Source: Clostridiales bacterium
Lineage (GTDB): Bacteria > Bacillota > Clostridia > Christensenellales > UBA1242
Direction of reading: 5' to 3'
NCBI GenBank assembly: GCA_918262735.1
Contig: CAKJYJ010000005.1
Location: 211,035 to 275,034, forward strand
DNA: 64,000 bases
The position numbers were made by a program, and so were the translations under genes. Positions within the stretch are counted from its first letter, which is position 1. The number at the start of each line of letters is the position of its first letter. Under the pieces are notes generated by a model, which saw only the letters and a program-made list of their open reading frames with translations, was not told the origin of the DNA and did no database searches. This document shows positions 48,175 to 57,171 of this stretch, piece after piece.

Positions 48175-51100
48175 TTAATCTTTCTTTCCAGTTAAGTTTT
48201 TGAATTTGTAATCAATAGCTTCAATTACTTTGTTTGCATCTTCTTCTGTCTTGACCTTAATAACACTACTTGCTGTTTCTTTTGCACCTGTGCCAGTAAC
48301 TTCTTTGAAGTCCTTATCATTTGCAAAGAACTCTGCGAATATTTCGCCTTTTTTGAGTTTGAAACGAACAATCTTTTCTTTCTTATAAGAAACTGTGTAA
48401 TAATCTTGTGCCTCGCTTGTCTTAACATTTTCAAGTGTCATTGCGTGTGCTTTAATTTTATCATAGAGTTTTCTATCTTCTTTTGAAAGGAGTGCATATT
48501 GCTCGTTTAATGTTTTCTTTTCACTAAATACAACAGCTTCTTTTTCAGCTTCTGTATTTGCAACTGCTATCACATTTTTCTTTCTAAATACAAACCAGTA
48601 AACACAGAATGCACCGCCAGCAAGAGCAAGAACTCCAACAATTATTCCAATTATTGCACCAATTCCAAGACCACCATTTGATGGATTTTCTGGATTGCTA
48701 GGATCTTCTGGGTTTACAACAGGTGGTTGTTCAGGTGATTCGTAAGCAATTACATAGGTTGAGAAGTGTGTTGTTTCAAATGATACTTTACCATCTGTAT
48801 AAGTGGCATTCATATCTTCTTTGTCATCGCCATTTACATAGTAAACTTTAACTTCATTGCCTTCTGGAATTTGAATATCAATAGGAACAACAACTTTTGC
48901 TTTACCATTTGCAAATGTCACTCCATTAAGTGAAAGAACAAGTACCATTTGAGCATTTGGAATGTTATATCCAGCAAGATTTTCTGTTGATGTCGTTACT
49001 TTGAATTTTACATCATGACCTGCAATATCTTTAACAGCATCTTTATCAAATATAATAGTTGCCTTATCGGTTTCAAATGTTACAGAGCCATCATTTTCGC
49101 TTGCAAGGTCAAATATGTATCTTACATCTTTGCCTTCATCGTCTGTTAAATCTTCAAGTCCTTCTGTAACCTTATAATCTTTATCATCGCCATTGATTGA
49201 AGGCTCTGGAGTATAGTTTTCAATATGAACATGTCCACACACTGAACATTCTTTCCATTTCTTTCCAACTTGGTCTGCATAGGTTACATAATGCCAATCG
49301 CCATAGGTATGTTCAGCTTTGTCAAGTTCTTCTGTGCAACCATCAAAAGCATTGCAAATATGCCAATGATGTGTATCATTGCTTTCCCAAGCAGTGCCAA
49401 CATAAGCATGTTCATGTTTTTCAATTACATGACCGTCTTTAATTTTTGTATCACATTCTGTACAATATAAATCGCCTGAATATCCATTTGCATCTACAGT
49501 TACAGCAACAGCATCTCTAAGTTCTGTGTGAGCATGGTTGTTAGGATCTAATGCAAGTCTCAATTGATTTGCAGTTTTTTCATGAGCTAATGTATATTCA
49601 TCAACTGTTTTCAAAATATAGTGGGCATCAACAACTATCTTCAAAGTTGCATTAGTTCCATATGCTGTACTATGTTCTTGGATGTAAGCCCAATCCCATA
49701 AATATAAACCAGGATTTAATTGATCTTCATATTTGTAATTATTATCAAGGTCATATTCAGCTTCAAGTATTGCGAGCAAATCATCTGTTAGAGCATATTC
49801 GCAATCTTCTTCTTCAATATCATGAATAAATCTAAGACCAATAGTATCTAATGTTTTAATGTAAGCGTAAATATCTACATCGAATAATTTACCACAATGT
49901 GAGCACATATAATGTGCTGAATGTCCATGAGTTGAACAAGTTGATTCTGTTGCACCAACATAAACAAGTTCATGGTCAGCATAATTGTATAATGTTTCTT
50001 CTACCGTACCACAAATAGTGCAAGTTCTTGTCATCCTACCTTGATGATTACATGTTGACAAATCTTCTACATAATTCCATTGATGTTCACATGGAATTTC
50101 GTATTCACAATCATCACATTTTCCATATCCGTGTTCATCATTATGATGGAAACCAATAGAACTTTCATCTATCGCACCACATACCGCACAAACATAGCAG
50201 TGAACATGCTTACCATCGATTGTTCTTGGAACATAATCTGACCAACTGTGTAAATATCTAACATCATCAATTGTTATTTCTTCGTAATAACTATCAACTC
50301 CAATGCCATGACGAGTAAACCATTTACCACAATCTTCACATTCATAATGTCTGTCAATTGAATATTCGCCGTGAGAACAATCTCCTTCAACTTCTTCAAC
50401 CAATCTTAAACGATGAGTTTGTTCTATTGTAAGATTGCCTGGATTAACTACTTCCACATATTTTTTAGCACCACAATCTTCACAAATATATTCTTCATAA
50501 TTGTATCCAATACACCAATGTGCAGTATCAGTAGGTTCTGAGCCCCAGTTATGATCTGTATCCGTTGTTCCACAACTTGGATAGAATGTTATGTCTAATC
50601 CAATGCTTGTTCCGTTGAGACCAACAAGAAATTTCTCTACAAGTGGCTCTTTGCTAAATGCATTTGTTACTGTTTGATCAAAGAAGTTTGGAAAACCAAA
50701 TGTCAAATCATCTGCAAAGCGATAACCTTCTTCTGGATATACATAAACTCTGATTGTCTTAGGTGTTTTTGCCTCCAAAACAATTTCTGTCAATCTTTGA
50801 TCTAAACTTGGATCTGGATTTGTTAAGAATTTAACATTGTCTGCCTCTAGTCCAAAGTTATTTGTTCCAATATTTAATTTATTGTTACCTTGAACTGCAA
50901 TTTCAAGTGGATTTAATACTATTGATGCCTGTGTGTGAGCATAAAGAGTTATACCATTTTGCATAGGAATAATCTTTTGTCCTGGATAAAATCTTGTATT
51001 TGCAGGGTAGGTTACATTTTCAATTTCGCTTGTATAATCTTGATGGATTGTATAATAGTCAATATGTAATCCTTCAAGGAGTTCACTTGGAATATTTACA

Positions 51101-53805
51101 TCTCCAAGAATAGAATAGTAAGGATTTGTGTCGTAATCATAGTTTATTTCATCTTCGTAAGTATTGTCATTGATAACATAATTAACTTGTTTATATTGTA
51201 TTGGACTAAATACAGGAATGGCTGTTACAATTGCCCTTTCTCTAAATGTATCGCCCAAAGCATAAGTATTATTTCCGATTTTCCAACCAGTTTGAACATA
51301 TCCTGGTTTTGAATAAGTCTTGCCTTTTAACACAAGACCTTCTGTGTAATCATAGTATGATGTATAATCTATTGCAGATTGAGCAGTCTCTCTATAATTT
51401 ACAGTTCTAAGTTTTTCAGCAAAATAGAATTTTACAGTAACATTTTCATTTGGCATCACAAACATGTCGTGTATATCTTCAATGTGTTCGCCACTTGCTT
51501 TTTCTAAATCAACTCTTAACAATCTTCCATAAATGCCTGGTGTAGCTTGAATACAAACAATATCGCCTGCATTAAAAGATGTTTTTGTAGTACCGTTTGT
51601 ATCAGTAAGTTTCGTTTTGCCAATTATTTGACTATCCGAATAATAATTAGAAAGGTTATAGCTAGTTCTTTGTGCTGCTTTTGTAGTATCAATCCCAGTA
51701 AAATGAATTTCTCTTGATATTTGAGAAACAATTTCATCATCTAATATAATTTGAGCACATTCTCTAACTGAATAATATCCTTGAGTGTCAACTAAAATAC
51801 TATAAATTCCATTTTCATCTTTTAACACTTCTTCATATTTATTAGATCCTGGCTTCTTTACAAATAATTGTTGACCAGGTTGTACATGCTGATCGTTATC
51901 TGCAACAAGTCCTCTAAACTTTGTGTTAAATTTGAATGTTTGTGTTGAACCAACATTTACATTTCCCAAATTCCCATTTGCTGGATATTCTTCTGGTGTA
52001 ATATCTTGGAAATAAATCATTTCAGATGCTGCTTTAACTTCCAAAGATAACTGATTTGATTTCGTAGAAATAAATTTATCTCCACATTTTTCTATAATAG
52101 TGAGGTCTACTTTGTAATTTCCAACATCCCATTTCTCTTGGGGATTCTTAACCAAGTAATTTATTGGCTTTTCTGCATTTGGATCATAAGCGAATGTTTT
52201 GTATTTATAAGGAGTAAGATTATTGCCAACAACTTTACTTATAGTAAATGTCACTGTTACACTGTAATCATCTTGATTAAATCCTTCACCAACATATGCT
52301 TTACCAAAATCTGATGAATAAAATTTGATTTGTTCACTCATACACAATTCATGCATATTGTCTAATTTAACAATAAAATTCTCATATTGATAAATTGATT
52401 TGTTGGCATTCGATGACATAAAGTGAGATATACCCTCACTAAGTGTTCTTGTTTGTTTTGGAGTGTAATTATAATAACCTTCAAAAGTATCACCATAATC
52501 ACTTCCGCCAAAGTTTTCTACTTTAGTCAAAGTAGCAGTTATTTTATCTGCATCTTGAGTTTCGCTCTCTGCAGCTACACCAAAAGAAGACAAATTCAAA
52601 AAATTACCGAGGTTTGTGTTATTATAATATTGATAATCTTTTGAAGTTAAAACAGCTTGCAGTGTCATATTCTCTGGTTTCAATATATGAATGGTTCCAT
52701 TTTCATCTAAAAATGATGCATTTTTTTCAATTTTAGAATAGAAATATCCTCCGTGGATTCTAACTCTTGATGGTAGAATGTTCAAATTATATTCTACAGC
52801 TTCTTCCATTTTTACAAGCATTGGATTTAATTGCATAATACCTAATGCTGGAGCAAATCCATAACCATAGAACTCCCCACCTTCAATATTTAAGTAACCA
52901 TTATTGTAAGCAACACCGCCTGTTTGCCCTTTAGTGGCAAAATTACCAGTATAACCCAAATTGTTTATTCCATGACCAATAAGTTTACCACCAGTAATAT
53001 TTGCTGTTCCACCATCAACCAATACAGCACAACCTGAATTATATACAGTTACCGTTCTACGAGAAGTGTGATCTGGGTGATAACTATATTCTTGCAATAA
53101 TTGATCAATTTGATCTCTTTCTCCAGAGTCATGAACATCGCTACTATAAACTTGTTTAGATCTGCCAGCAATAAGTGTTCCACCATGAACATTAAGAACA
53201 CCATTTTCACCAACCCAAACGACATCTCTATGTACATTAGATAGAGATTTTGTCATATCGCTGAACATGCAGTCGTAATGAATTTCACCCTTATTATCAG
53301 GAGCATCAACTATTGTTAGTTCTGCATCTTTTACTTCAATTAAACATCTAATATAAAATGACCAATAAGCAGATCCCAAAACTGAATTCTCTTGGTATCC
53401 CACATATTCATGTTCATTCTTAGCACTGTTCCATCTTATTGCAGACTTATCTGATACATAAATAGAGTGTCCATTCAAGTGTAATATTTTGTTGTCTTTT
53501 ACGGAAATTTTATTTATCGCTCTATAGCTACCAGTCGTTTCTCTTTCAGATTCATATTCAAAATCTTGTGTAACAACAATAAATTTATTTCCATTTGAAG
53601 TTAAGGCGTTCCTAAACTGTTCAAAATTTGAAACTTCAACCCTTGACATATCTTGTGATTGATAATTTATCACATTGTTAGAATAGGCATAAACACTCTC
53701 GGTTTTTCTTAAACCACCAATACCAAATCCAAGTGCAAGTCCAAGCACCATAACGAATGCAAGTATTCCACTCAAAAACAAATTTCTTGATTTAGATTTC
53801 ATCAT
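48175..53805 (-). CDS. Giant (1876 aa) type-I membrane surface protein: beta-helix-like region, Ig/Flg_new-like modules, Cys/His-rich repeat array, C-terminal TM helix and ~135-aa cytoplasmic tail
   Basis: N-terminal signal anchor, followed by GG-containing beta-helix-like repeats (GGTLIAGRS, GGTANITGGKLIGHG, LNIEGGEFYGYG). KPGYVQTGWKIGNNTYALGDTF is Flg_new-like. Residues ~1075-1560 hold more than 10 H..W/H...C..CG units. HFSTYVIAY is followed by a Pro-rich stalk and the TM helix GIGAIIGIIVGVLALAGGAFCVYWFVF. Confidence 0.85.
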   Translation of the reverse strand: MMKSKSRNLFLSGILAFVMVLGLALGFGIGGLRKTESVYAYSNNVINYQSQDMSRVEVSNFEQFRNALTSNGNKFIVVTQDFEYESERETTGSYRAINKISVKDNKILHLNGHSIYVSDKSAIRWNSAKNEHEYVGYQENSVLGSAYWSFYIRCLIEVKDAELTIVDAPDNKGEIHYDCMFSDMTKSLSNVHRDVVWVGENGVLNVHGGTLIAGRSKQVYSSDVHDSGERDQIDQLLQEYSYHPDHTSRRTVTVYNSGCAVLVDGGTANITGGKLIGHGINNLGYTGNFATKGQTGGVAYNNGYLNIEGGEFYGYGFAPALGIMQLNPMLVKMEEAVEYNLNILPSRVRIHGGYFYSKIEKNASFLDENGTIHILKPENMTLQAVLTSKDYQYYNNTNLGNFLNLSSFGVAAESETQDADKITATLTKVENFGGSDYGDTFEGYYNYTPKQTRTLSEGISHFMSSNANKSIYQYENFIVKLDNMHELCMSEQIKFYSSDFGKAYVGEGFNQDDYSVTVTFTISKVVGNNLTPYKYKTFAYDPNAEKPINYLVKNPQEKWDVGNYKVDLTIIEKCGDKFISTKSNQLSLEVKAASEMIYFQDITPEEYPANGNLGNVNVGSTQTFKFNTKFRGLVADNDQHVQPGQQLFVKKPGSNKYEEVLKDENGIYSILVDTQGYYSVRECAQIILDDEIVSQISREIHFTGIDTTKAAQRTSYNLSNYYSDSQIIGKTKLTDTNGTTKTSFNAGDIVCIQATPGIYGRLLRVDLEKASGEHIEDIHDMFVMPNENVTVKFYFAEKLRTVNYRETAQSAIDYTSYYDYTEGLVLKGKTYSKPGYVQTGWKIGNNTYALGDTFRERAIVTAIPVFSPIQYKQVNYVINDNTYEDEINYDYDTNPYYSILGDVNIPSELLEGLHIDYYTIHQDYTSEIENVTYPANTRFYPGQKIIPMQNGITLYAHTQASIVLNPLEIAVQGNNKLNIGTNNFGLEADNVKFLTNPDPSLDQRLTEIVLEAKTPKTIRVYVYPEEGYRFADDLTFGFPNFFDQTVTNAFSKEPLVEKFLVGLNGTSIGLDITFYPSCGTTDTDHNWGSEPTDTAHWCIGYNYEEYICEDCGAKKYVEVVNPGNLTIEQTHRLRLVEEVEGDCSHGEYSIDRHYECEDCGKWFTRHGIGVDSYYEEITIDDVRYLHSWSDYVPRTIDGKHVHCYVCAVCGAIDESSIGFHHNDEHGYGKCDDCEYEIPCEHQWNYVEDLSTCNHQGRMTRTCTICGTVEETLYNYADHELVYVGATESTCSTHGHSAHYMCSHCGKLFDVDIYAYIKTLDTIGLRFIHDIEEEDCEYALTDDLLAILEAEYDLDNNYKYEDQLNPGLYLWDWAYIQEHSTAYGTNATLKIVVDAHYILKTVDEYTLAHEKTANQLRLALDPNNHAHTELRDAVAVTVDANGYSGDLYCTECDTKIKDGHVIEKHEHAYVGTAWESNDTHHWHICNAFDGCTEELDKAEHTYGDWHYVTYADQVGKKWKECSVCGHVHIENYTPEPSINGDDKDYKVTEGLEDLTDDEGKDVRYIFDLASENDGSVTFETDKATIIFDKDAVKDIAGHDVKFKVTTSTENLAGYNIPNAQMVLVLSLNGVTFANGKAKVVVPIDIQIPEGNEVKVYYVNGDDKEDMNATYTDGKVSFETTHFSTYVIAYESPEQPPVVNPEDPSNPENPSNGGLGIGAIIGIIVGVLALAGGAFCVYWFVFRKKNVIAVANTEAEKEAVVFSEKKTLNEQYALLSKEDRKLYDKIKAHAMTLENVKTSEAQDYYTVSYKKEKIVRFKLKKGEIFAEFFANDKDFKEVTGTGAKETASSVIKVKTEEDANKVIEAIDYKFKNLTGKKD

Positions 53806-53891
53806 AAATCCTCCAACAAAAATTAACTTGTATAATCAATACAACATAAGTATAACATAAAAAGTTTTATTTTGTATCAAAATATAAAACT

Positions 53892-54410
53892 TTAATTGAA
53901 AAAATTATAAATTATTTTTTTCTTCTGATTTGCATATTTGTAGGCAAGTGCTGTGCCAGACTTTGGTTGATATGCAAACAAATCTCTTCTTGACCATTTT
54001 CTTTGTGGTGGGGTGTAGTTTTCATCATAGTAGAACAAACAAAAATCGCTATCATCAATCATTGCTTGATTTCTTACAACGTGAGATATTTTTCCAGCCC
54101 CCTTACATCTTTCTGGGAAATAGGTTTCCTCATAGAACCCAAGCAAGTATTTTTTGTAGTTTTCATCAATAAGCTCATACTGTGAACGAATATAAACTCT
54201 TTTTAAGTCTGTATATTTTTCTTTGAGTTTTGATACTATATCATAGCAGAAATCGTCAAACTGACTTCTGCTACCAAATAAAAACACTTTCACATTTTCA
54301 TTTACAATCAAATTCTCAATGTAATCATAAAGTCTCTGTTTAAGTTCAATAGTTATCTCGATTTTTCTATGTCCAATAAAACAACAATTTTTTACACTAT
54401 GTTTTTGCAT
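53892..54410 (-). CDS. SLOG-superfamily (DUF1273/YpsA-like) protein
   Basis: N-terminal NCCFIGHRKI and FLFGSRSQFDDFC resemble the DUF1273 pattern (..TGHR.. / G.G.D). The ATG at 54410 was chosen; the tracked ORF starts at 54428. Confidence 0.55.
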   Translation of the reverse strand: MQKHSVKNCCFIGHRKIEITIELKQRLYDYIENLIVNENVKVFLFGSRSQFDDFCYDIVSKLKEKYTDLKRVYIRSQYELIDENYKKYLLGFYEETYFPERCKGAGKISHVVRNQAMIDDSDFCLFYYDENYTPPQRKWSRRDLFAYQPKSGTALAYKYANQKKKIIYNFFN

Positions 54411-54462
54411 AGTTATATAATAGCACACTTTTTATAAAAATACTATGTTTTTGCATAGTTAT
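54396..54462. promoter_or_regulatory. Two identical 21-nt operator-like sites in the SLOG/XRE divergent intergenic region
   Basis: actatgtttttgcatagttat occurs at 54396-54416 and 54442-54462. Each contains the inverted repeat ACTATG-N6-CATAGT. Copy 1 covers the SLOG start codon. Confidence 0.7.
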
Positions 54463-54506
54463 TAAAAAACATAGCCAAATTAAAATATAAGTAAAGGAAT
54501 TTGGAT

Positions 54507-54749
54507 ATGAAAGTTAGTAAAGCAGTTGTTGAAAGATTAAGGGAAATAACAAACAATAAAAATTTATCACTCTATAAATTACAAAAGGATTCTGGTATGC
54601 CAGAGGGAACTTTTTTATCTTTAATCTATGGAGATAGAAAGGGTGTAAATCTGACAACATTATTGCAACTCATTCAAACATTGCAGATTTCTGCAAAAGA
54701 ATTTTTTGATAGTCCATTGTTTGATGAGAGCAATTTAGATATTGATTAA
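54507..54749 (+). CDS. XRE-family (Cro/CI-type) helix-turn-helix regulator
   Basis: NKNLSLYKLQKDSGMPEGTFLSLIYGDRKGVNLTTLLQLIQTLQISAKEFF is a typical HTH_3 pattern. The gene is divergent from the SLOG gene. Confidence 0.7.
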   Translation: MKVSKAVVERLREITNNKNLSLYKLQKDSGMPEGTFLSLIYGDRKGVNLTTLLQLIQTLQISAKEFFDSPLFDESNLDID

Positions 54750-54975
54750 ATCAAAAAATTTTACACTGTCACGAATTTTTGCATGAAAAATGCAAAGTTT
54801 TTGCAAATGTGCTGTTTTTGGCTTTCAATTTATTGTTAAGTGTTGTATAATATCATTTGTAAAAATAAAATTGCCTAAATGCTTGTAAAATCAAGCAATT
54901 CGGCACTTTTATATACGATAAAATATGATAAATATTTGTGCAAAAATGGTTAAAAACGACAGTTTCCTGCCACCC

Positions 54976-55019
54976 CTTCGGAACCATCAGTGAGGGTTCG
55001 AATCCTTCTGGGCGCACCA
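54976..55019 (+). pseudogene. Orphan 3' half of tRNA-Arg(UCG) (attR side)
   Basis: CTTCGGA ACCAT CAGT GAGGG TTCGAAT CCTTC TGGGCGC ACCA. No 5' half lies upstream. ACCAT and TGGGCGC pair with ATGGT and GCGCTCA of fragment 2 at 42562. Confidence 0.75.
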
Positions 55020-55249
55020 AACAAAATAAATCCAAACCAGTATTGGCGAGGATTTTTTTGTTTGTACTTTTCACTCTTATCTTTTCATTCTTCACTTTTC
55101 ACCATCTCGGATTTATTTTGAACGAAAGAATAAAAATGAAAAAATAAAAACAGTTGTGATTTGAATAAGTACAAAAAGCAAAAGACAATAAAATTGTGTT
55201 CCGCCGCACCATGAGTGATTGTTAAAGCGTAAAGTAACAAGGCAAATTA

Positions 55250-55263
55250 TTCTGGGCGCACCA
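55250..55263 (+). repeat. Second copy of the tRNA-Arg 3' end (TTCTGGGCGCACCA), followed by a second copy of the same terminator
   Basis: Identical to 55006-55019. The downstream hairpins at 55020-55059 and 55264-55303 are clearly homologous. Confidence 0.75.
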
Positions 55264-55425
55264 GATAAAACAAATCCATGCCAAAATTGGTGAGGATTTT
55301 TTTATGCATTAACCTTTTGTTTCTCAGCAGCTATCAAAAATCAATTAATTTTACACAAAATTAAGCAAAAAAAAATTGTTTTTAATAAAAAACCCAACCA
55401 AATTTCACTTTGATTGAGTATTTTT

Positions 55426-57159
55426 TTATTGCCTTATTTTAATATGTAGCTCTCTTAATTGTTTTTCATCAGCCTCAATTGGTCCACCCATTAAAACATC
55501 TTGGGCTTTGCTGTTCATTGGGAATGGAACAATATCTCTAATGTTCGTTATTCCAAGCATTAACATTAAAAGCCTTTCAAATCCCGGAGCCACCCCGGCG
55601 TGTGGTGGAACACCATATTGAAATGCAGTGTACAGCGCCCCAAATCTTTTAATAATCTCATCTTCTTTGTAGCCCACAACATCAAATAGTTTTAACATCA
55701 TTTCCCTATCTGTGTTTCTAACAGCACCAGAAGCAACCTCATAGCCGTTAGCAACCAAATCATATTGATAAGCTTCTATTTGTAGTGGATCAATATCGGT
55801 TAGTTCATTAACAGAAACTTTTGGTTTGTTAAATGGGTTATGACAAAACTCAATTTTTCCATCATCTGACAGCTCAAACATTGGAAAATCAACAATCCAG
55901 CAAAACTCGGTTCTAGTTTTGTCTATTAGTCCAAGTTTTTCTCCAACCTCACTTCTTAAAAGCCCTGCAAGTTTATAGCATTTTTTAGGGCTGGCATCTG
56001 CAATAATAAAAATATCATCACCAATTTTTGCTTTTGTTTTTTCTTTCAAGTCTTCACATTCTTTGGGGGTTATAAATTTAACAATTGGTCCTTTTAGACT
56101 TCCGTCCTCTTGAACTCTAACCCAAGCAAGTCCCTCTGCACCCTCACAGAGCATTAAATCTTGTAGTTTTTCAAAGAATGTTCTTGATTGGCTGCTTGCA
56201 TCTATAGAAAATCCCTCAACTGTTCTATCTTTGAATGCGTTGAATGTGGTTGCACCAAAAACGTCTTCAAGCCCAACCATTTCTATTGGGTTTCTAAGGT
56301 CGGGTTTATCCGAGCCATATTTTACCATTGCTTCCTTATATGGGATTTTTTTGAAAGGTCCTTTGTTAAATGGAAATTTACTATATTTTGTAAAAAGTTT
56401 TTCAATTAAGATTTCAACAGTTTTTTGAACATCTTCTTGTGTGGCAAAACTCATTTCCATATCTATTTGATAAAAATCACCTGCAAGTCTATCTGCCCTT
56501 GGGTCTTCATCTCTAAAGCAAGGTGCTATTTGAAAGTATTTGTCAACCCCACCACACATTAATAGTTGTTTGAATTGTTGTGGAGCCTGTGGCAAGGCGT
56601 AAAATTTCCCTTTATGCAATCTACTTGGCACCAAATAATCTCTTGCCCCTTCAGGACTTGGACCGGTTAATATTGGTGTGTTTACTTCTGTGAAACCCAG
56701 CTCCCTCATTATAACTCGTGTGTCAAAAGCAACATCCGCCCTTAATTTTAACATTTGTTGCATAGCCTCATTTCTTAAATCAAGATAACGATATTTTAAT
56801 CTTAATTCTTCGCTAGCCTTTAAGCTATCTTCAATGTCAAAAGGCAAAATATGTTTCGATTCTGACAAAACTTTCATTTCTTCAATATCAAGTTCAACCA
56901 TTCCCGATTTTATAGCTGGGTTAATTGTGTCCTCATCTCTTAAAATAACTTTTCCTTTAACCGTTATAACGCTCTCGCGCGAAAGAGTGCTAAGCAAACT
57001 ATCGTCATGAGTTTTTAGTTGAACAATTCCACTTTTATCTCTAATGTCAATAAAAACAATACCGCCGTGGTCACGAACCGTTTTTACCCAACCGGCAAGT
57101 TCAATTTTTTCGCCAATTAGTTTTTCGTCGACATCGCCTAACATTACGGTTCTATACAT
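55426..57159 (-). CDS. aspS: Aspartate--tRNA ligase (bacterial type; possibly non-discriminating)
   Basis: 577 aa with FRDEDPRADR, QIDMEMSF and GFERLLM class IIb motifs. It is the last gene of the gatCAB operon. Confidence 0.9.
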   Translation of the reverse strand: MYRTVMLGDVDEKLIGEKIELAGWVKTVRDHGGIVFIDIRDKSGIVQLKTHDDSLLSTLSRESVITVKGKVILRDEDTINPAIKSGMVELDIEEMKVLSESKHILPFDIEDSLKASEELRLKYRYLDLRNEAMQQMLKLRADVAFDTRVIMRELGFTEVNTPILTGPSPEGARDYLVPSRLHKGKFYALPQAPQQFKQLLMCGGVDKYFQIAPCFRDEDPRADRLAGDFYQIDMEMSFATQEDVQKTVEILIEKLFTKYSKFPFNKGPFKKIPYKEAMVKYGSDKPDLRNPIEMVGLEDVFGATTFNAFKDRTVEGFSIDASSQSRTFFEKLQDLMLCEGAEGLAWVRVQEDGSLKGPIVKFITPKECEDLKEKTKAKIGDDIFIIADASPKKCYKLAGLLRSEVGEKLGLIDKTRTEFCWIVDFPMFELSDDGKIEFCHNPFNKPKVSVNELTDIDPLQIEAYQYDLVANGYEVASGAVRNTDREMMLKLFDVVGYKEDEIIKRFGALYTAFQYGVPPHAGVAPGFERLLMLMLGITNIRDIVPFPMNSKAQDVLMGGPIEADEKQLRELHIKIRQ

Positions 57160-57171
57160 AATTTTTCTCCT

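Larger units (their letters stand above)
42602..54975. mobile_element. Integrative mobilizable element (~12.4 kb) inserted in the anticodon loop of a tRNA-Arg(UCG) gene
   Basis: It is bounded by a tRNA 5' half (42562-42601) and a complementary orphan 3' half (54976-55019), both containing CTTCGGAAC. It carries an integrase, an excisionase, a relaxase and cargo. An alternative boundary model uses the 13-nt repeat TGGGCGCACCAAA at 42711-42723 and 55007-55019. Confidence 0.75.

Noticed and set aside
54853-55095. 80-aa minus-strand ORF and 69-aa plus-strand ORF spanning the orphan tRNA-Arg half and its terminator.
   Set aside because: The region is explained by the tRNA fragment, the att site and the terminator. 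There is no RBS, and the ORFs run straight through hairpins.
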